Shown here: positions 1 to 9,760 of the stretch, piece after piece
Numbering within the stretch: position 1 is the stretch's first letter
How the letters are laid out: each line of letters starts with the position of its first letter
Assembly: GCA_002269645.1 (NCBI GenBank)
Contig: NIVC01000222.1
Location: 310,001-374,000 of the forward strand
Source: Macrostomum lignano
Taxonomy: Eukaryota
Length of the DNA stretch: 64,000 nt
Direction: 5' to 3'
The notes under the pieces: model-generated
What the model saw: the letters and a program-made list of their open reading frames with translations, nothing else
Databases searched by the model: none
Told to the model about the DNA's origin: nothing
Made by a program: the position numbers and the translations under genes

Positions 1-1189
1 TGCATTTTTTACTTATGAAACAAACCCTAAAGCAAAAATTAATATAGCTTTAAGTAAATGGCAAGAGTAACTATATTTATATTATTAAGCTTAAATTAAA
101 TACCTCATCTAATTAGACTATATCCATATTTTAAGTTGACATTTTTGTGACTTGCCTTCATTAGATCGCTTGTTACCTAGTCAAATTAGCTGGATTAGCT
201 GGGTATTAAGCATGCATGCTTGTGAGTACAAGCCAGCTACTTTTTTATTCAGCATTTAAACCTTTTATTCTTTAGTTAGGATATCCTTGATTGCCATTAT
301 TGTAGCCTCTTCCATGTCATTGACTTGAATCTATGTTTTTCAATGACACATTTATCTTAGTAAAGAGCCAGAAGTTGCAGGGGATAGATCTGTCAAGTAG
401 ATAAGCTGGTACCTAGTATAATAATATCATTCTAGTCTAGAAATGGAAAAGTCAATTTAGCTGTTTTAGTAGGTGCATGGTTTTGGTTATTAGTACAATT
501 TCTAACTAAATATTCTTGTCTTTGGTACTCATTCTATGCTTATAATTTTATATAATATGCAAAATAATTTCTATTTGTTGCACTTTATGATTTTGGAACT
601 TGATAGATTTGAAATTATAAATGATTTTCTTAAAACCTAAATTTGAATTCCTATTAAATTTGTTTTACTATATTAATTTTTGTTTAATGCATGCAAGTAT
701 TATCTTATTATTGTGCATTTATACTCTTGGATATAATTTTGCAACTTATTTTGTTTTAAATTTTCATCACATAATTTCACTTTAAGTTCAATTGCAAAAA
801 ATGTATTGCATATTTTTTGCAATTTTTCTATCTTGGCTGTCTTCTGATCTTGAAGCTTCATCATTTCCATAATACCCTAAGGGTGGTTGAATCAAGGATG
901 GTTGATTAAAAACAAACTTTACAATAAATTCATAAAAAAGATATCTGGCCATAGGCACCAGATTTTTCTATAGCAAAGGGCAGCTTCTTAACTATGGCCA
1001 TGTGGCATATGCTAGAATTTACTTAGTGAAATGACATTATTCTGAGTGTAGTATTATTTATCAAGTAACAGATATTACTAGTTACAGTAAATAGATATAG
1101 GAAATGTATAAATCTTTTTTATCTAAAAGAATTATCTAAAAGTAGATTTAGGTAACTAATTTATTTAAATTTTTTTTATTAAAAAATTT

Positions 1190-1370
1190 GTCTATAATAT
1201 CATATAGCTATGTCTATTGCTATACTAGACTACCATATTTCTATAGTCTTAGCTATGTATGTATCTATCTTGCTATTAAAAAAACTGTCTATAATATCAT
1301 ATAGCTATGCCTATGTCTATTGCTATACTAGACTACCATATTTCTATAGTCTTAGCTATGTATGTATCTT
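1190..1370. repeat. Short tandem duplication (~80-90 bp x2)
   Basis: tgtctataatatcatatagctatg...ctagactaccatatttctatagtcttagctatgtatgtatct occurs at ~1190-1268 and again at ~1287-1370. Confidence 0.85.
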
Positions 1371-1549
1371 CCAATATACTAAAAATGAGTTGTCTGTATG
1401 TATGTATGTGTGAGATAGATTTCAGAAAAAACGGCTTAATCAATTTTCTTTAAACTTGCACCATTTGATCAGAAATTTTTCTGGGACGGTACATGCATCT
1501 TGGCTAAGAAATTGCTCAATTTTAAGAAGCGTAATATCAAACATAGAAG

Positions 1550-3105
1550 AGCCACCATGTCAAACATTAAAGAGCCACCATATCAAATATAAAAGAGTTA
1601 CCATGTCAAACATAAAAAAGCCACCATGCCAAACATAAAAGAAGCACCATGTCAAACATATACGTGACTCCATGTCAAACATTTAAGAGCCACCATGTCG
1701 AACATTTAAGAGCCACCATGTCAAACATTTAAGAGCCACCATGTCAAACCTAAATGAGCCACCACGTCTAACATTTAAGAGCCACTATGTCAAACATTTA
1801 AGAGCCATCATGTCAAACATTTAAGAGCCACCATGTCAAACATATATGTGACTTTATGTAAAACATTAAAGAGCCACCATTGTGAACATTAAAGAGCCAC
1901 CATGTCGAACATTAAAGAGCCACCATGTCAAACATAAAAAGGTATACCATGAAGAACATTGAAGAGCCACCATGTCAAACTTTAAAGAGTCACCATTTCG
2001 AACATTAAAGAGCCACCATGTCGAACATTAAAGAGCCACCATGTCGAACATTAAAAAGCCACCATGTCAAACATTGAAGAGCCACCATGTCAAACATTAA
2101 AGAGCTGCCATGTCAAACATAGAAGAGCCACCATGTCAAACATAGAAGAGCCACCATGTCAAACATTAAACAGCTACTTTGTAGAACATTAAAGAGCCGC
2201 CGTGTCAAACATAAAAGAGCCACCAGGTTAAACATTAAAGAGCCACCATGTCAAACATAGAAGAGCCACCATGTCAAACATAGAAGAGCCACCATGTAAA
2301 ACATAGAAGAGCCACCATGTCAAAACATAAAAGTGCCATCATTTCAAACATAGAAGAGCCACCATGTCAAACATAGAAGAGCCACCATGTCAAAGATTTA
2401 AGAGCCACAATGTCAAACATATATGTGACTTTATGTCAAACATTAAAGAGCCACCATCTCAAACATTAAAGAGCCACATTTTTAATTTCAAACATTAAAA
2501 AGCCACCATTTCGAACATTAAAGAGCCACCATGTCAAACATTAAATAGCCACCATGTCAAACATAAAAGAGCCACCATGTCAGACATTAAAAAGCCACCG
2601 TATCAAACATAAAAGAGTTACCATGTAGAACAAAAAACAGCCACCATGTCGAACATAAAAGAGCCACCATGAAGAACATAAAAGAGCCACCATGAAGAAC
2701 ATTAAACAGCCACCATGTCAAAGATTTAAGAGCCACCATGTCAAACTTATGTGACTTTATGTCAACATTAAAGAGCCACCATTTCGAACATTAAAGAGCC
2801 ACCATGTCAAACATTAAATAGCCACCAGGTCAAACATAAAAGAGCTATACCATGAAGAGCATTAAAGAGCCACTTTGTCGAACATTAAAGAGCCACCATG
2901 TCAAACCTAAAAGAGCCAACCATGTCTAACATAAAAGAGCCACCATGTTAAACATTAAAGAGCCACCATGTCAAACATAGAATAGCCACCATGTCAGACA
3001 TTGAAAAGCCACCATATCAAACATAAAAGAGTTACCATGTAGAACATGAAAGAGCCACCATGTCAAACATTAAAGAGCCACCATATCAAACATAAAAGAT
3101 ACACA
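1550..3105 (+). repeat. 23-bp minisatellite (GAGCCACCATGTCAAACATTAAA)n, ~65 copies
   Basis: Period of 23 measured directly (e.g. GAGCC at 1687 and 1710); point-variant units. Confidence 0.95.
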
Positions 3106-3179
3106 ATTTCAAACGTAAAAGTAAGCGAATTTTAAAGGAGCCACTATAATGCTAAGGAAATTGTCGCACTAGCTACTTA

Positions 3180-3420
3180 TTGTCTGGTGGATGCTTGCTA
3201 TTTGGGGATGCTATCTATCTGGGGGATGCTTGCTATCTGGGGGATGCTTGCTATCTGGGGATGCTTGCTATCTGGGGGGTGCTTGCTATCTGGGGGATGC
3301 TTGTTATCTGGGGGATGCTTGCTATTTGGGGATGCTATATATCTGGGGGATGCTTGCTATCTGGGGGATGCTTGCTATCTGGGGCATGCTTGCTATCCGG
3401 GGGATGCTTGCTGTCTTGGG
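3180..3420 (+). repeat. 17-18-bp minisatellite (GGGGGATGCTTGCTATCT)n
   Basis: Visible tandem units; the three overlapping + ORFs at 3180-3579 are repeat read-throughs. Confidence 0.9.
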
Positions 3421-3439
3421 ATGATTTCTTTTTGCATTG

Positions 3440-3615
3440 CACTTCATTTGAATATTTTGTCTTCTACTTTTTATTCTAAGAATCTCTTCTACTTTCTATT
3501 CGAAGAATGTCTTCTACTTTGCATTCTAAAAATGTCTTCTACTTTGTATTCTAAGAATGTCTTCTACTTTCTATTCTAAGAATCTCTTCTACTTTGTATT
3601 CTAAGAATGTCTTAC
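3440..3615 (+). repeat. AT-rich ~25-bp degenerate tandem repeat (TTCTAAGAATGTCTTCTACTTTGTA-like)
   Basis: Recurring ttctaagaat(g/c)tcttctacttt units. Confidence 0.75.
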
Positions 3616-3660
3616 TTTTTATTAGCTTTTATTAAAAAACTAATTAAAAAGACCTGAATT

Positions 3661-4612
3661 ATGGCGCTAGATAAACCAAGGATTACTGCACTTGATAAAC
3701 CAAAAATTATTGCACTTGATAAACCAAGAATTACTGCGCTTAATAAACCAAGGATTATTGCACTTGATAAACCAAGGACTACTGCACTTGATAAACCAAT
3801 GATTACTGCGCTTGATAAACCAAATAATATTGCACTTGATAAACCAAGGATTACTGCACTTGATAAACCAAGGATTACTGCGCTTGATAAACCAAGGATT
3901 ACTATGCTTTACAAACTAAGGATTATTGCACTTGATAAACCAAGGATCACTTCGCTTGATAAATCAAGGAATATTGCACTTGATAAACCAAGGATTATTG
4001 CACTTGATAAACGAAAGATTACTGCACTTGATAAACCAAGGATTATTGCACTTGATAAACCAAGGAATTTTGCACTTGATAAACCAAATATTACTGCACT
4101 TGATAAACCAAGGATTACTGTGCTTGATAAACTAAGGATTATTGCACTTGATAAAGCAAGGATTACTGCGCTTGATAAACCAAGGATTACTGCGCTTGAT
4201 AAACCAAGGATTATTGCACTTGATAAGCCAATGATTATTGCACTTGATAAGCCAAGGATTATTGCACTTGATAAACCAAGGACTACTGTAAGGATTTTTG
4301 CACTTGATAAACCAAGGATTATTGCACTTGATAAGCCAAAGATTACTGCGCTTGATAAACCAATGATTATTGCACTTGATAAGCCAAAGATTACTGCGCT
4401 TGATAAACCAAAGATTATTGCACTTGATATGCCAAAGATTACTGCGCTTGATAAACCAAGGATTATTGCACTTGATAAGCCAATGATTATTGCACTTGAT
4501 AAGCCAAAGATTATTGCATTTGATACACCAAGGATTATTGCACTTAATAAGCCAAAGATTACTGCGCTTGATAAACCAAGGATTATTGCACTTGATAAGC
4601 CAATGATTATTG
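3661..4612 (+). repeat. 24-bp satellite (GCACTTGATAAACCAAGGATTATT)n, left arm
   Basis: About 40 units; translates as ALDKPRII octapeptide repeats (read-through ORF 3661..4662, not a gene). Confidence 0.95.
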
Positions 4613-4729
4613 TTCCCTTTTGTCTATGGTTTCCGGCATTCATACTTGCGGTAACAATTTAATTGTTTGTCGGCTTTTTTCGATTGTTGCCGGATTTCAG
4701 ACGAATGTATTTGGCTATCAAAACAAGGA

Positions 4730-4905
4730 CACAGTGTATTTCTTTGGTAAGATTTTTTGAAAAAAATGGCCACTCAAGATTTTTACTATCATTAATAGAT
4801 CACATTTTTCTAGAGAGGAAGCCACAATATTAAAAAAATCTGTCGAGCGGTTGCTGAGTAACTACTGTTTTTCTGTTTTTCATGCTGTTTCATGCTGTTT
4901 TCATT
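4730..4905 (+). repeat. Left terminal inverted repeat of the transposon
   Basis: cacagtgtatttctttggtaagattttttgaaaaaaatggccactcaagatttttactatcattaatagatca...aactactgtttttctgttttt matches the reverse complement of 7590-7767. Confidence 0.9.
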
Positions 4906-5119
4906 TTTTTGCTTTGATACAGGTTATAATAGGCAAATTGGTATCAAAAACGTTATTCAATGTTTTTCTTTCAACATTAATAAATTATATTATTAGTATA
5001 AATTTAAAGAATGCTTGTACAATATAAAAACTTTCAGCTTGAAACGTAGTTGTACAATGTCAATATAAATTACACATTAGGAGTGAAAACAATGTCAAAG
5101 TCCACACTGACTACATGTC

Positions 5120-7159
5120 CTACACATGTCGGCTATTATAATGACGCACAGCCTGAAGCAAACGACTTCCAAAGCTGGGATTTTCTACATCCTTGACCTT
5201 GAAGTTCGCCCATAGCTGCTGAAAGTCGTGGTGCACTGCTTCAGATGCCTGTTCACTCCAGGGACCAAGTCCTCGCTGTTGCATCAAACAGAACTGTGGC
5301 ACATGATGCAGCACTGTGTGAACTTTCGGTGTCACTGAGATCCCGAGGTCCATGAACGTCACTTGAAAATCAGCGATCGTCTGCTGGAAATTGGAGGCCA
5401 GTTCATTGCCAAAGCAGCTGGACACAACAAGCCTGAAGCAGCGCAGTGCAGCAACGTACGGCAAGCACTGTAGCGGGCACATCGATGCCAGAGCATCAAC
5501 ATTCTGCAGGAGCACTTTGCAGCTGTTGCCGGTAAAACTGCCTCCGTGAATTGCCTCCCTGGCGACGTGGCAGTGATGCAGCCATCTGTCACACTCTGGC
5601 CACACTGACTGCATACTACAGTAAATGGTATTTACTACTCCAGTTAGCAGGTGCAGTTCGGGCGGTGGTACAATTTCTAGGACCATTGTTGAGGCTGGGA
5701 AATTTTCTAGAAGACAGGGACGTACCACATTTCCAAAATTCTTGGCAGCTGCAAGCTTGGAGCCAGAAGCCTGGAAGTTTGCATGGCTGTCTTCGAGAAG
5801 CTTCAGTGTGCGATCTGTGCCCTTCTGCAATAGCTTATTCTTGTGGGCATCGCACCAGCAGCAGGGATGAGCAGCACTGTGAGCCATAAGCCCAAGCAGC
5901 ATGTTGCACAGCTTTAAGTCGCTAGCGATGGTAAATTTGCCTTGAAGACTGCTCAGTCCAGCTGCCCTCCACAGCAACTCCAGGTTCTGGTAATTTTCTT
6001 GAATGGCTGGTGCGATGGCTACAATAAGAATTCGTTTAACACCGGAGTGCTTTAGCCGACTGCTGCGAGAGTTGCTGCTACAGGCTGCCTGTGAAGGCTC
6101 AGTGGAGTCAACACACCAACTGGAATCAAACACAGACAGGCAGATCTTGAAGAACCCACCACCTCCATCAATGCCAACCTTAATCATACAGGTCGATGGG
6201 TTCAGTTGTCTTTCTTGAATAATTCGCTTGAGAAGCTGCTGAATGCGCACACAAATAACAGCTGGACGTGATGTTACTTCTGTCACAACTCCTCGCTCCA
6301 TGTTGACGAAGTCCAACTGTTGTAGTTCAAAAAAGCTGTCGAGCTGGTGGTGAATGTCAGACAGCTTTTGTTGGAGGTACGACTCTACAGCTGTTTTTGA
6401 ACCCGACGCTGCTCTAATATGGTGAGCCAGCTTCAGCATAGAGCGCGTGCTGAGGCCCATATCCTGCTGAATGCTCACCATGCTGCTGACGCTCAGCTGC
6501 TGTGGTTGCTTCGGCGTACTCTGAGATGGTGGCTCCACTTCCATGTAAAAGCCTTCTGCATTATGTGCCCTTGTAGCAGGAGTACAGACATGTGACTTGC
6601 CTCGATTTAGCTGCGAGAGGCACTTCACACAGAGCTTCATGCTGACTGGGCGTCGAGTTTTTGACACAGTGCTGGCAGTGGGCTCGCAAACAATCCTACT
6701 TTGACTGTCAGCGCTTGGCCTTCCTCGTGGTCGCCGATTAACTGCTGCTGGATGTCCAAAGTTTGCGGAGCTTTCTCTGGCAGCCTGACACACAATACAG
6801 TTGCATCGAGTAGCTGCTCGGCTTCGTGTTCGAGGAGGCTGGGCTCCAATCTTAGAGTGGTCGAAGTCGGGCAGCGAGGACGAAAAGTTTCCTTTCTCGT
6901 ACTCTAGCAGCGTTATCCTGCATTTTGTGCACAGAGCACTTGGTAGCCGATTGTCCTGCGTATCGTAGCCATGCATCTTGAACTCTGAGATGAGTGACTG
7001 CATGTGCTCATTTATCCGGCGCATTTCCTTGCCCTTATGCATGCAGATGAGGCAGACGATGAGACGAGCATCTTCGTGCGTTCTGGCACTGCTGCTTTTA
7101 CTCATAATGCCTAACACTGAGCGTGCTTGGTGTCGATTAAGAAAGGTGCTACACAACAA
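5120..7159 (-). CDS. Chapaev-type DDE transposase, 679 aa, with a RAG1/Transib-like catalytic core
   Basis: N-terminal H-x7-CxxC-x33-P-x3-CxxC (Chapa-type zinc motif), extra Cys clusters CNCIVC and CVKC...HVC, AT-hook-like RRPRGRP. Core motifs in RAG1/Transib order: VGIDGGGG (D), IASDLK (D), HPCCWC, PELHLLTG, FTGN, TPKVHTVLHHV, GLGPWSEQASEAVH (E). No stops or introns. Confidence 0.9.
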   Translation of the reverse strand: MLCSTFLNRHQARSVLGIMSKSSSARTHEDARLIVCLICMHKGKEMRRINEHMQSLISEFKMHGYDTQDNRLPSALCTKCRITLLEYEKGNFSSSLPDFDHSKIGAQPPRTRSRAATRCNCIVCQAARESSANFGHPAAVNRRPRGRPSADSQSRIVCEPTASTVSKTRRPVSMKLCVKCLSQLNRGKSHVCTPATRAHNAEGFYMEVEPPSQSTPKQPQQLSVSSMVSIQQDMGLSTRSMLKLAHHIRAASGSKTAVESYLQQKLSDIHHQLDSFFELQQLDFVNMERGVVTEVTSRPAVICVRIQQLLKRIIQERQLNPSTCMIKVGIDGGGGFFKICLSVFDSSWCVDSTEPSQAACSSNSRSSRLKHSGVKRILIVAIAPAIQENYQNLELLWRAAGLSSLQGKFTIASDLKLCNMLLGLMAHSAAHPCCWCDAHKNKLLQKGTDRTLKLLEDSHANFQASGSKLAAAKNFGNVVRPCLLENFPASTMVLEIVPPPELHLLTGVVNTIYCSMQSVWPECDRWLHHCHVAREAIHGGSFTGNSCKVLLQNVDALASMCPLQCLPYVAALRCFRLVVSSCFGNELASNFQQTIADFQVTFMDLGISVTPKVHTVLHHVPQFCLMQQRGLGPWSEQASEAVHHDFQQLWANFKVKDVENPSFGSRLLQAVRHYNSRHV

Positions 7160-7589
7160 ATCTGATATGTAATGAGACGCAGAGATTGTGCAATGAATAT
7201 AAAAACTTCTCTAGTTAGATTAAAGTGAAATCAATCGATAAGAGCGACTTATATATATTCATTGATTGCTGAGCAGACAAGTTTTTAGCTCAGCAAACTT
7301 GTGTGCATTGCGCAATGTATAGCACACTATTTGATTGAGTAATAGATGAGTGACTGCGTTCTTCAACTCCAAATCATGCACACACAGTCTCCCCTCAATA
7401 GAGAAGTAGTACAGTTAGTACAAAACCTATTTGTTACATTCAATCACACAATTGTACCCTGTATTTTTGGAACATTCATTTTGATTAGCATATGAAATGT
7501 GTGTAAAAAACAGCCTATTTGTTGGCTAAACAAATGGACCTTAAGCTTATAAGTGATTTTCTGTTTGAACTAGAAAAACAAAAACAAAT

Positions 7590-7767
7590 AGCACGAAACA
7601 GCATAAAACAGCATTAAAAACAGAAAAACAGTAGTTTCTTAGCAACTGCTTGATGGATTTTTTAAAGTCTTGTAGCATTCTCTCTGGACATACATGATCT
7701 ATTGATGATAGTAAAAATCTGGGGTGGCCATTTTTTTCAAAAAATGTCACCATAGAAATACACTGTG
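7590..7767 (-). repeat. Right terminal inverted repeat of the transposon
   Basis: Reverse complement reads cacagtgtatttctatggtgacattttttgaaaaaaatggccaccccagatttttactatcatcaatagatca... Confidence 0.9.
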
Positions 7768-7963
7768 AGGAACAACAATAGCAACACGGCGAAAGTGTTT
7801 CATAGTCACAAAAAGTTCTTAAGAACAAACCGATCGAATCAATTGTTTTACTTTCCGTAAAAGTTGAATGTGCAGTTGTGGAACTGACCACCACAGAGGC
7901 TTTTCGGCAGGTCTTGGCCGCCCTCGGGTGCTTTCATCAGCTCGCCTCTATCAGACCCAGTTG

Positions 7964-8623
7964 TCACACTTCCGATGGTGGATTCCGCATCGTCGTCAAT
8001 CTACGAAGGGACGTTCGATCAAAGTATGCGCGAATTGTTTGCATGTCGTCCTCGGAAATAGCTTCGTATTTGTCTACCTTCTCTACGTGTCCTTCCATGT
8101 ACATTTTCACCATGGCGACAAGAACGCCATTGCAACGCTTGAAGGCTTCTCCGGTAATGATGTTCACCTGGCGATTAACGGACGGGGATTGCAGGTGGCG
8201 TTGAATAGCCGCACGAAAACAGATGAGAGACTTTGGCGCATAGTAAGTTCCATCCTGCTTTCGAAGGGATGAATAGAAAAGCCTCAGATAATCGTTCAAA
8301 AATCGATCCGGAACACGCTCAAACTCCTGGCAGAGCCCCTTCTCGTTGAGGAACTGTCGGAACCTTGCCACGTGAAGCTTCCGTTGCGTCTCGGTCGATT
8401 TCGGCACTGAGTCACTCTCAAGTCGGTTCAACATTTCCAGATCTTCGCTACCTAGCTCAGGCAGCCCGTTGGAACTGGACGACGCATCCAGGTTGTCCAT
8501 CTCCAGAACGTAGCGCGTGCTCGACTCTCGGGTGACAAAAGCCAACTCGTCCGTGGAGAGTCCACATATTTCTCCGCCAGGAATGTTTGCGTAGCGAATC
8601 ATAGCTACTTTTCCTATTTGCAC
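7964..8623 (-). pseudogene. Truncated Crypton-type tyrosine recombinase (N-terminal part of the DUF3504/ZMYM/KCTD1/QRICH1-type domain), 219 aa
   Basis: STETQRKLHVARFRQFL...LNDYLRLFYSSLRKQDGTYYAPKSLICFRAAIQRHL...FKRCNGVL...AISEDDM follows the Crypton pattern; ORF stops before any catalytic R...HxxR...H...Y region. Confidence 0.75.
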
Positions 8624-8706
8624 TCCGAATAGGAGAATTAATTCAAGCTCAAAATCAACTTGAGAATTAACTCATGGCAGCCAGGCTAGCTGTCTTCACT
8701 GTCCTT

Positions 8707-8803
8707 TAAATTTGCCATAAACGATTAATTATCTCTACAACCCTTTCATTTAGAGAGCAACTAAATTTGCCATATACGATTGATTATCTCTATAACCCTT
8801 TCA
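8707..8803 (+). repeat. 42-bp direct repeat x2 upstream of the Crypton-like ORF
   Basis: taaatttgccataaacgattaattatctctacaaccctttca (8707-8748) vs taaatttgccatatacgattgattatctctataaccctttca (8762-8803). Confidence 0.8.
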
Positions 8804-8898
8804 AAGCGCATTCCGGCAACAATCGCATTTCATACTCAGCATCCGCACTATGTCTGGGCCATAGACAAGGGAAGTCAAAAGGGTACAATAATGACATG

Positions 8899-8987
8899 TA
8901 CCGATTTTTTTCGGCAGCAATTGCTCTACTAAGCTTCAGCCGCTACGCGGCTTCAGCTTACGCAATTGCTGCCGAAAAAAATCGGTA
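8899..8987. other. 89-bp hairpin / possible TA-flanked mini-MITE
   Basis: Perfect 26-bp inverted repeat TACCGATTTTTTTCGGCAGCAATTGC (8899-8924) / GCAATTGCTGCCGAAAAAAATCGGTA (8962-8987), plus inner stems TAAGCT/AGCTTA and GCCGC/GCGGC. Confidence 0.7.
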
Positions 8988-8998
8988 TATATCGTTAC

Positions 8999-9290
8999 AT
9001 TGCACTTGATAAGCCAAAGATTATTGCATTTGATACACCAAGGATTATTGCACTTGATAAGCCAAAGATTACTGCGCTTGATAAACCAAAAATTATTGCA
9101 TTTGATAAGCCAAAGAATACTGCGCTTGATAAACCAAGGAATATTGCACTTGATAAGCCATCGATTATTGCACTGGATAATAAAGAATATTGCACTTGAT
9201 AAGCCAAGGATTATCGCACTTTGATAACAAGGAATATTGCACTTGATAAACCACGGATTATTGCACTCGATAAGCCAAGGTTTATTGCAC
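8999..9290 (+). repeat. 24-bp satellite (GCACTTGATAAACCAAGGATTATT)n, right arm
   Basis: Same unit and orientation as 3661-4612; decays into ttattgcactagctgaga-like units up to ~9470. Confidence 0.92.
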
Positions 9291-9473
9291 TAGATTAGAA
9301 AGGGCTATTGCACTAGCTGAGACATAGATTTTTGTACTTGATGAGTAAAGGATTATTGCACTAGCTGAGAAGCTGATTATTGCGCTGTCTAAAAAAAGAT
9401 TATTGCGCTCACTGAGACGTGGACTGTTGCACAACCTGAGAAAGCGATTATTGCATTAGCGGAGGTAACATTT

Positions 9474-9760
9474 GCACTAGCTACTTGCTGTCTCGCGGAT
9501 GCTTGCTATCTGGAGGATGCTTGCTCTCGAGGGGGGATACTTGCTATTTGGGAGGGGGGTACTGGCTACATGTATGGGATTCTTTCTATCCAGGGATGCT
9601 TGCTATTTAGGGATTCTTGCTATCTGCAGGATGCTTGCTATCTGGGTAGATGCTTCTATCTGGGGGATGCTTGCTATGAGCATTAGAGGATGCTTGCTAT
9701 CTGCGGTTGTTTACTTTTGGAGGGGGTGCTTGCTGTCTTGGGAATATTTTCTATTTAGGG
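9474..9760 (+). repeat. Degenerate second copy of the GGATGCTTGCTATCT minisatellite module
   Basis: Begins with GCACTAGCTACTT (9474-9486), identical to 3166-3178, then the same 17-18-bp units. Confidence 0.75.

Larger units (their letters stand above)
4730..7767 (-). mobile_element. Complete Chapaev-type (Transib/RAG1-related) DNA transposon, 3038 bp
   Basis: Termini CACAGTG (4730-4736) and CACTGTG (7761-7767); ~180-bp imperfect TIRs; 4-bp TSD AGGA (4726-4729 and 7768-7771); single intact internal transposase ORF. Confidence 0.92.
4613..8998 (-). mobile_element. Putative Crypton-derived host element, interrupted by the Chapaev-like insertion
   Basis: Block splits the 24-bp satellite with ATTG on both sides (4609-4612, 8999-9002); contains a Crypton-type recombinase N-terminal ORF; patchy inverted matches between 4606-4694 and 8812-8892. 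Confidence 0.45.

Noticed and set aside
4725-7772. Classification of the transposon as a canonical Transib or ProtoRAG
   Set aside because: The TSD is 4 bp (AGGA); the 5-bp flanks differ (AAGGA vs AGGAA). The ends are symmetric (23/23) and there is no room for a RAG2-like ORF
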